Assembly (NCBI GenBank): GCA_964016885.1
Contig: OZ024752.1
Coordinates: 47,368,001 to 47,432,000, forward strand
Length of the DNA stretch: 64,000 nucleotides
Direction: 5' to 3'
Source of the DNA: Eledone cirrhosa
Taxonomy: Eukaryota
Every line of letters begins with the position of its first letter. The first letter of the stretch is position 1. This document shows positions 56,677 to 64,000 of this stretch, in pieces. The notes under the pieces were generated by a model, which searched no databases, had not been told where the DNA came from, and saw only the letters and a list, made by a program, of their open reading frames with translations. The translations under genes and the position numbers were made by a program.

Positions 56677-57103
56677 TCATCAAACCTATACCAGCATGGA
56701 AAGTGGGCGTAAAACTATGATGCTTATAATTACTCCTAGTTTTGTTTGTTATATAAAGTGTACAAGTTTTTGTCCATTGGAAACTTCCAATATCTTTGAA
56801 TTCCAACAGAAAAGAAGTGAAAAATATTCAAAAACAATTTGACTAATTTACTCACACAAATAAAACAGTCTTAAGAATCTTACACTACTCAAAATGTCTC
56901 AGAAAAATATCAAGAATGGCCATACACTCGGGACATGGTAGTTTTTATCAACAGAGATATGAAGGGAAATCTCTTGGACATAATTCCCAAGGACTAGAGA
57001 AGGAGAAGAATGCCGACTGGTTGGTAAATTAAAGCAATCTCCGGTGGACATTAAAATATGAAATTATTCAGATATATTCTGTTGTTCATTCATTATTTTA
57101 CTG

Positions 57104-57660
57104 ACTGGCAGTATCAGTAGAAGGTTGGACGCCATGCTTTGCAACATAGAGTTACGCCCCTTTATGGTGTGAGTTCAAATCTCGCTGAGGTTAACTTTGC
57201 CTTTCATGCTTACGGGGGTCAATAAAATAAAGTACCAGTAATTCACTGGGTAATTGCTCACCTTGTGCCAAATGTAGAAACAATTATTTTACTGGCAGTG
57301 TTAGTAGAAGGTCGGATGCCATGCTTTGCAAGCATAGAGTTACACCCCTTTAAGGTCTGAGTTCAAATCTCGCTGAGGTTAACTTTGCCTTTCATGCTTA
57401 CGGGGTCGATAAAATAAAGTACCAGTAATACACTGGGTAATTGCTCACCTTGTGCCAACAATTATTTTACTGGCAGTGTTAGTAGAAGGTCGGATGCCAT
57501 GCTTTGCAGCATAGAGTTACACCCCTTTAAGGTCTGAGTTCAAATCTCGCTGAGGTTAACTTTGCCTTTCATGCTTAACGGGGTCGATAAAATAAAGTAC
57601 CAGTAATACACTGGGCTAATTTCTGGCCTTGTGCCTAACGTAGAAACAATTATTTTACTG
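57104..57660 (+). mobile_element. Three head-to-tail SINE B copies
   Basis: Each unit bounded by ATTATTTTACTG. Confidence 0.9.
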
Positions 57661-57994
57661 ATGTAAGTCACTAGACTATAGTCATACAGGAACAACAATT
57701 TAAAGGGATTTAGTCAATCATATCAACCCCCCGTTCAAATCCCGCTGTGGTCAACTTTGTCTTTCATCCTTTTCGAGGTCGATAAAAAAAGTACCAGTCC
57801 CGTACTGAGGTCGATTCTCCCTCTATAGAAAAAAAAATCAACTGTTCTCAGACCTGGAGAGGGTTGGACCCCCGTCAGGTTTAAAAGTGCCCTATATAAA
57901 TTGCAAAGTGTACTTTGGTAAGATTTGAAATTAAAATGTAAAGGGACATAACAAAATACCACAAGCCACTTTATCAATGTTCTACTGATTTTAG

Positions 57995-58035
<41 letters not shown>

Positions 58036-58316
58036 TTAGAGATTGTTAAATATATATTAATTAGACAGTTGATAATTTAAAATATCAGCGATGACTTTAC
58101 TCCCTCTAACTAATTCAAAGCAACGATCAAATAACAATACACACTCGTATATACACACACATATATACATACACACAGACACACACACACACACGCATAT
58201 ATATATTTATATATATATGTATGTGTGTGTATATATATATATATAAATATATATATATATATTTTTATATAAAAATATAAATATATTTTTATATATATAT
58301 ATATATATACACACAC

Positions 58317-58372
<56 letters not shown>

Positions 58373-58452
58373 ATGTATATATACATAAATATATATATAT
58401 ATATTTTTATATAAAAATATAAATATATTTTTATATATATATATACACACAC

Positions 58453-58491
<39 letters not shown>

Positions 58492-58711
58492 TATATGTGT
58501 ATATATATATATATGAAATATGAAAATGCATAGTCAAGTATAACATGTCTAATTCAAAAAGAAACCCCTGGGTATTGCTTTTTCAAAAAGTTTGACATTT
58601 CAGTAATATTTTGCCCAATGATTCAATTAAAAACTATCAACTAAAATACTTTTCTTTTTATTAAAAAATTGGTGTTTTATAAATTTTATTTTATTTTACA
58701 CAAGATCTCTC

Positions 58712-60360
58712 GGTGGTAGTGGTAGTAGTGTTGGTAGTAGTGTTGGTGGTAGTGTTGGTGTTGATGGTGGTAGTGTTGGTGTTGATGGTGGTAGTGTTGG
58801 TGGCAGTAGTGTTGGTGTTGGTGGTAGTAGTGTTGTAGTGTTGGTGGTAGTAGTGTTGGTAGTGTTGGTAGTAGTGTTGGTGTTGATGGTGGTAGTGTTG
58901 GTAGTAGTGTTGGTGTTGATGGTGGTAGTGTTGGTAGTAGTGTTGGTGTTGATGGTGGTAGTGTTGGTAGTAGTGTTGGTGTTGATGGTGGTAGTGTTGG
59001 TGTTGATGGTGGTAGTGTTGGTGTTGATGGTGGTAGTGTTTATGGTGTTGGTGGTAGTAGTGTTTATGGTGTTGGTGGTAGTAGTGTTTATGGTGTTGGT
59101 GGTAGTAGTGTTGGTGGCAGTAGTGTTTATGGTGTTGGTGGTAGTAGTGTTGGTGTTGGTTGCAGTAGTGTTGTAGTGTTGGTGGTAGTAGTGTTGTAGT
59201 GTTGGTGGCAGTAGTGTTTATGGTGTTGGTGGCAGTAGTGTTTATGGTGTTGGTGGTAGTAGTGTTGTAGTGTTGGTGGTAGTAGTGTTGTAGTATTGGT
59301 GGTAGTAGTGTTGGTGGCAGTAGTGTTTATGGTGTTGGTGGTAGTAGTGTTGTAGTGTTGGTGGTAGTAGTGTTGTAGTGTTGGTGTTGGTGGTAGTAGT
59401 GTTGGTGGTAGTAGTGTTGTAGTGTTGGTGGTTGTAGTGTTGGTGTTGGTGGTAGTAGTGTTGTAGTGTTGGTGGTGTTGGTGTTGGTGGCAGTAGTGTT
59501 TATGGTGTTGGTGGTAGTAGTGTTGGTGTTGATGGTAGTAGTGTTGTAGTGTTGGTGGTAGTAGTGTTGGTGTTGGTGGCAGTAGTGTTTATGGTGTTGG
59601 TAGTAGTAGTGTTTATGGTGTTGGTGGCAGTAGTGTTTATGGTGTTGGTGGTAGTAGTGTTGTAGTGTTGGTGGTAGTAGTGTTGGTGTTGGTGGTGTTA
59701 GTGGTTGTAGTGTTGGTGTTAGTGGTTGTAGTGTTGGTGTTGGTGGTGGTAGTGTTAGTGTCGGTGATTGTGGTGTTGGTGTTGGTGGTGGTGGTGTTGG
59801 TGGTTGTAGTGTTGGTGTCGGTGATTGTGGTGTTGGTGTTGGTGGTGGTGGTGTTGGTGGTTGTAGTGTTGGTGTCGGTGATGTTGGTGTTGGTGGTGGT
59901 GGTGTTGGTGGTTGTAGTGTTGGTGTCGGTGATGTTGGTGTTGGTGGTGGTGGTGTTGGTGGTTGTAGTGTTGGTGTCGGTGATTGTGGTGTTGGTGTTG
60001 GTGGTGGTGGTGTTGGTGGTTGTAGTGTTGGTGTCGGTGATGTTGGTGTTGGTGGTGGTGGTGTTGGTGATTGTGGTGTTGGTGTTGGTGGTGTTGGTGT
60101 TGGTGGTGGTGGTGGTGTTGGTGGTTGTAGTGTTGGTGTCGGTGATGTTGGTGTTGGTGGTGGTGGTGTCGGTGATTGTGGTGTTGGTGTTGGTGGTGTT
60201 GGTGTTGGTGGTGGTGGTGTTGGTGGTTGTAGTGTTGGTGTCGGTGATGTTGGTGTTGGTGGTGCTGGTGTCGGTGATGTTGGTGGTTGTAGTGTTGGTG
60301 TCGGTGATGTTGGTGGTGGTGGTGTCGGTGATTGTGGTGTTGGTGTTGGTGGTTGTAGTG
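58712..60360. repeat. (GGT/GTT/AGT)n-derived minisatellites
   Basis: Direct reading. Confidence 0.9.
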
Positions 60361-60872
60361 TTTTGTTGCAATGATGTTTGTTTTTTGACTTTTGACTTAA
60401 ACCACTTCAGTCAGGCTGCCAATATCCTTAAGCAAGGCATTAATGTCACTTCCTGTTTCTCTGGTACCATGCCTAGGTAGAACCCACCAACACCACTGTT
60501 ACTAACCCCATCCCCACTCCATCATCATCATCATCCACAACCCTCTCAGAAATAAGTGGGCAAAGAAGAAGAAGAAGAAGAAGAAGAAGAAGAAGAAGGG
60601 TAATCATTGATTGGGTTCAGTGCAATTGATCTAACCAAGTCAATAGAGTTGATAGAATAATTTGCAGCATTTGTCCCAGTTCTTTGGGCCTTAACTACAG
60701 TTAATATGAAGGGCCGTAGATTGATAAGCTACTTAAATGACATAAATTCACTTTTTAACTATTTCCAAATTCTTCTAGTTTAAACTCACTTCCATATATA
60801 CACATATATACACCAAGTCTGAATACAAAAGGACCAAACTTAACTTTTTAACTTTTTATATACTGAGTTTAA

Positions 60873-61324
60873 CCCTTTAGCATTCATATTACTCTACATC
60901 ATCATCATTTCATTTTACGTCCACTTTTCCCTGCTTGCAAGGGTGGGACGGGAACTGATTCTGGCTTGATTTCTACAGCTGGATGCCCTTCCTAACACCA
61001 ACCTCATTTACAGTGAGTGCTGGGTGCTTTTTTGCCGTGGCACCTCCACGACCACTTTGCAGTGGAATGATAGGGACCCCAGTCCCTATCATCTCATTTC
61101 TACAGCTGAGTAAACTGGAGCAATGTGAAATAAAGTGTCTTGCTCAAGGAAACAACACATCACCCGGTCTGAGAATTGAACTCACAACCTTTCGATTGCA
61201 ATCCCAATGCTCTAACCACTAAGCCATGTGCCTCCATGTGCCTCTATATATACTATTGTATTTTCACAGTAAAGGTTTTGTGAAAATACAATAGTAAATA
61301 TAGAGTAATGTAAATGCTAAAGGG
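60873..61324. mobile_element. Palindromic piggyBac-like MITE (two copies of the same end) interrupted by SINE A
   Basis: TTAA|CCCTTTAGCATT ... AATGCTAAAGGG|TTAA; arms TACTATTGTATTTTCACA and TGTGAAAATACAATAGTA. Confidence 0.8.
60897..61235 (-). mobile_element. SINE family A, full length
   Basis: Homology to 37616-37948. Confidence 0.9.
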
Positions 61325-62348
61325 TTAACAGTCCTTGCTTTAACTGCCATTTAAAAAACTGTTTAGTCTGCAAGGGAAGGGCTGTGCCCTTGGTCCTTTT
61401 CGGAGTTTCTGAAATTGGCAGAAAAAGAGTATCCACAAACCAGAGACCTAGCTTCAATGTTTGCAACAAAATGGACTCTCCAAAAGGCATAAAAGGGAAG
61501 GCTGACTTCAGTTGGGTTTGAACTCAGAGTCAGGATAATTACTGCAATGTATTCTTTTTTTTTCACTTCCATTTTTCATAGAATAAATATTGAATTTTTT
61601 TTTTTTTTTTTTCATTTTAAAACAAAACAAAATATTTCAGTGTATGGAAGAAACAAAAATACAAAGAAGAACAGAAACAAAACAAAACAAAAACATACAT
61701 TGCAAGTGAGAGGTGTAAATCGTCTGGATCTACCATCAGATCAGTGAAGAGATCACTTCTAATGACTAACAGATAGTGAAAGGAATGCAATGAGAGAGAG
61801 AGAGAGAGAGAGTGCAAAAGAGAAGTAGGGGGGACTTCAAAGATCTTTGCTGTTTTGTTGCCTCTAGCGTGAATTGGTATTTAACTATGATCTAGATAAT
61901 TATGGTCAAGGACATCTTTTAAACTAACAACAACAACAACAACAACAATAATAATAATAATAACAATAACAATGATGACTATTATTACAATCATAATGAT
62001 GATGATAATAACTATATACATATAAAAAAAAAACTAATAATATCTTGGTATAAAATGTTTACCAAAAAAAAAAAAAATTTAAACACTTCACTCGCAAGCC
62101 TTTAAAATTAAAAGCTGAAAAATTAACCAACATTTAAAATATAAATATTTAAAAAAAAAAAACTTTTATTTTTAATTGTACTTTTTTAAATATATATGTT
62201 TTTGAAATTTATTTTACTTAATGAAAAACAGAAATTATATGAATTTCATTGGGGCTCTTTAAGATCAAATGAATTGGTTAATAGCTTTAAGTGGACGTTC
62301 TGGTCTTTGTTTATTAGTTTATGTATGTGTTTTTATGTGTTATGTATA

Positions 62349-62437
62349 CAGGATGTCCCTCAAAAATGTATACATAATGTATACACAATTGCTTGTAGAG
62401 GTAATCAAAGTGTGTGTACATTTTTTGGGACATCCTG
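62349..62437. mobile_element. Tc1/mariner-type MITE (89 bp)
   Basis: TIR CAGGATGTCCC..AAAAATGTA; TA flanks. Confidence 0.8.
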
Positions 62438-62521
62438 TATATATATACATATATATATGCATGTATGTATATGTATGTATATATATGTACATATGTATGT
62501 GTATATATATATATATATGTG

Positions 62522-62553
<32 letters not shown>

Positions 62554-62554
<1 letters not shown>

Positions 62555-62625
62555 TAGGTTGTAACATAAACTGCAGTTTTTGAAAACAAACAAATTATAA
62601 CAGCAGCAGGAATTTATGTTACAAC

Positions 62626-62629
<4 letters not shown>
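62554..62629. mobile_element. mariner-type MITE (76 bp)
   Basis: TIRs TTAGGTTGTAACATAAA and TTTATGTTACAACCCAA; TA flanks. Confidence 0.8.
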
Positions 62630-62690
<61 letters not shown>

Positions 62691-63048
62691 ACATGTATAT
62701 ATATACCTGTCATTACTCATATATACACACAAAATCTATCCCTCATACACAAACATGAGTAAACAAACACAAACATACTAATATACTAATATACAAACAT
62801 TCAACCAACCAACCAATCACCACTACCTCCACCACCACCACCACTACCTCCACCACCACCGTCTCCACAACCACCACCATCACCTCCACTACTAACACCA
62901 CCGCCATCAACTCCACCACCACCACCACTACTACAAATCCCCAAACCTTTCATTAAACTACAATAACAACAACATACCTCAACAACTACATATTTGACCA
63001 TAGTCATATATATATATAAAACGATGATGATGATGATAATGATGATGA

Positions 63049-63111
<63 letters not shown>

Positions 63112-63146
63112 ACTTCAAAATATTAATAAATATAGACATTCATGTG

Positions 63147-63211
63147 ATTTTATTATACATATTTCAGAGGTACTGAGCTATTTCATCAGTACGTCCTCAT
63201 CAGATAAAATA
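63147..63211 (-). ncRNA. Type I hammerhead ribozyme (inverted copy)
   Basis: Reverse complement of 63301-63365. Confidence 0.75.
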
Positions 63212-63300
63212 AATTGATGTCTGACATACCTCAACTGTGCTGATGGTTCCAAGACTGGAATTGAACGATCAGCACAGTTGAGGTATGTCAGACATCAATT

Positions 63301-63366
63301 TATTTTATCTGATGAGGACGTACTGATGAAATAGCTCAGTACCTCTGAAATATGTATAATAAAATA
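63301..63366 (+). ncRNA. Type I hammerhead ribozyme
   Basis: Stem I TATTTTAT/ATAAAATA; CTGATGA 63309-63315; stem II GGACGTACTGA/TCAGTACCTCT; GAA; ATATGTAT; predicted AUA cleavage after 63358. Confidence 0.8.
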
Positions 63367-63505
63367 TATTTGATCACATGAATGTCTATATTTATTAATA
63401 TTTTGAATTAATATTAATAACTCCAGAAAACTTCTTTGTTGAGTGCTTCTAATCTATTGTAAAACTTTATTCATTGAATAATCAATGAACCTTGTTAAAC
63501 TTTTG

Positions 63506-63544
<39 letters not shown>

Positions 63545-64000
63545 CATGGGTTATATCTGTTGTTTAGTAATATTTCTATATGAAGTAGTTTATATCTTCA
63601 GCCTAAACTCCACCTTATATTTAGAAATTTTATTTAATGTTTTTTTTTTTTTTTCCTTTCAACCTTCTCCCGGAAGCCTAGGTTTGTTATTTGATAGGTT
63701 TCTGCCAATTGTTTTGTTTTTGTCATTTAGTTTTAGCGTCAAACTAATTTTCCCCAGCTATCATAAAATGGAAGCATTGCAAAACAAAAAAAAAATATAT
63801 ATTGCTTCACCATATAAACAAAGGCCCGTAGTCTTTATAGTTTAATTATTATTTTTTTTTGCTTTTTTTTGTGATATATATATATTTTTCAAAATAAAAT
63901 GTAAAAAAAAAAAAAAAGTGGTATATATTTTATTTCAAAATAAAACGTAGAAATAAAAAAACATTTTTTTTTTACAAAATATATAAAATATATAAAATCT

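Larger units (their letters stand above)
63114..63407. mobile_element. Palindromic element with two inverted hammerhead ribozymes
   Basis: Near-perfect arms 63114-63249 and 63263-63407. Confidence 0.85.

Noticed and set aside
56955-57023. Candidate 69-nt exon (RYEGKSLGHNSQGLEKEKNADWL)
   Set aside because: Splice signals are plausible but expected by chance; no recognisable product.
63323-63331. Second CTGATGAAA inside the 63-kb element as a separate ribozyme core
   Set aside because: It lies within stem II of the main hammerhead and has no stem II of its own.

Overview
This is eukaryotic, AT-rich, extremely repeat-dense DNA. From my recollection of the SINE/LINE families it most resembles an octopod cephalopod genome; this is not database-verified. 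No host protein-coding gene can be supported: nearly all ORFs in the supplied track are translations of micro- or minisatellites. Supported content is two tRNA-headed SINE families, 3' remnants of RTE- and CR1-type LINEs, several DNA-transposon MITEs (piggyBac-like with TTAA, hAT with an 8-bp TSD, Tc1/mariner-type with TA) and many tandem arrays, some seeded inside those elements. There is also one CpG-rich patch with E2F, E-box and CCAAT motifs near 53.9-54.1 kb. The most interesting signal is a set of at least seven short fold-back or hairpin elements in (TA)n tracts that carry complete or half type I hammerhead ribozyme motifs, as expected for Penelope-like retroelement termini. Two of them (38.0-38.3 kb and 63.1-63.4 kb) have a complete hammerhead on each strand, with identical core, stem I and stem III but a fully re-sequenced, still base-paired stem II. 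Three other families share a covarying bulged hairpin about 30 nt downstream of the predicted cleavage site.
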